In this document: piece by piece, positions 63,149 to 64,000 of the stretch | How positions within the stretch are numbered: the first letter of the stretch is position 1 | Layout of the letters: each line of letters opens with the position of its first letter | Source: Mobula hypostoma | Taxonomy: Eukaryota | Direction of reading: 5' to 3' | NCBI RefSeq assembly: GCF_963921235.1 | Contig: NC_086097.1 | Coordinates: 60,824,001-60,888,000 of the forward strand | DNA length: 64,000 nucleotides | The notes under the pieces: model-generated | What the model saw: the letters and a program-made list of their open reading frames with translations, nothing else | Database searches by the model: none | Told to the model about the DNA's origin: nothing | Made by a program: the position numbers and the translations under genes

Positions 63149-63919
63149 TTTGCCCAAACAGGTAAATTATTTGGGCAAACATATGTGGTAACAAGCAGAA
63201 TATAAATACTTCAAATATTCAATAGAAATCACCAAGATACATTTAAATTGTTTTAATCTTAAGTTTTGCCAAAGAAAATAACAATAGTACAGTGATTATT
63301 AAAATGCTGCAATAAAAAATATATCCACAGTCATGGGCAAAATAGATGTCAGTACTAAAAGGCTATTAAAATTTTGATCTAGTTAAGCAGTTACATGCTA
63401 CTGGGACAAGATAGAAGGCATTCAAGTGTGAGAGAAATTACATCAGAAGAGAAAAAAAATTCCATGTTGTTGCTTGGTTTAAAAAAAACAGTGCCTGAAG
63501 ATTCTCCTTGTTAGTTCATTTGCAAAGAACAATTCAGTCATGGTTCTCAAAATTAGCTAAACATTAACTCTGTGAAAAGGTATTTGTTTTTCTGGAACTA
63601 ACCCAGCTGTATTTAATGAGAGCAAAGACTTTAACTGCAAGCCAATATTTTTAACAATTAGCCACATTTGATCAATTTTTAATGCTCTATAATTCCCCAT
63701 TTGTGTACAAAGTTGACCAGCTTTCAAGTTAACAGATAATGTCATGCCTCAGAAATATTTGACTCTTTGAAAACATGGGTCAAGTTGCGCAGTACTGTAG
63801 CATTCTAAGTATAAAAGATGACACCTATCCTGTTTGACAGGCCAATAAATATGCAAATACATAGAATGGATCACATAGAGGAATTGTATAGACTATGAGC
63901 TGAGGTCTGGAGTAGATCA

Positions 63920-64000
63920 GTCATAGAGTCATTGAGCACTACAACACAGAAACAGGTCCTTCAGGCCATCTAGACCATGCTGAACTGCTATTCTGCCTAG
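63920..64000 (-). mobile_element. CR1 3' terminus, runs off the window end
   Basis: GTCATAGAGTCAT tail and ACAACACAGAAACAGGTCCTTCAGGCC hairpin region. Confidence 0.75.

Noticed and set aside
1..64000. Most 60-450 aa ORFs in the track as host genes
   Set aside because: They are fragments of CR1, L1, Rex1/Babar, RTE, Penelope or HERO ORFs, or antisense shadows of them
1..64000. CRISPR array or prokaryotic system
   Set aside because: No regularly spaced repeat-spacer structure, and the sequence is vertebrate

Overview
This is vertebrate nuclear DNA. The repeat inventory (CR1, Rex1/Babar, AT-rich L1, V-SINEs, Penelope-like elements) points to a cartilaginous fish, probably a ray; that assignment is inference. 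Well over half of the window is decayed, often nested, transposable elements. These include many CR1 LINEs (two young ones with long RT ORFs), Rex1/Babar, two L1s, RTE, one HERO-type RLE element, Penelope-like pieces, tRNA-derived SINEs, two solo LTRs, Tc1 and hAT relics. No host gene could be named, although a few splice-flanked exon candidates are listed at low confidence. Almost every ORF in the supplied track is TE-derived or antisense to a TE. The most notable observations are: (1) a ~500-nt non-TE rod-like inverted repeat at 13.0-13.5 kb whose mismatch spectrum does not look like neutral decay; (2) short TSD-flanked Penelope pLTR-only insertions that each carry a minimal hammerhead ribozyme motif; (3) twin-priming-type 5' inversions in three unrelated retroelement clades; (4) a predicted pseudoknot in a HERO 3' UTR; (5) tail-swapped tRNA/RTE SINEs and headless bipartite retroposons; (6) two neighbouring CR1 copies sharing the same disabling lesions. 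Boundaries of old repeats are approximate because everything was read by eye.
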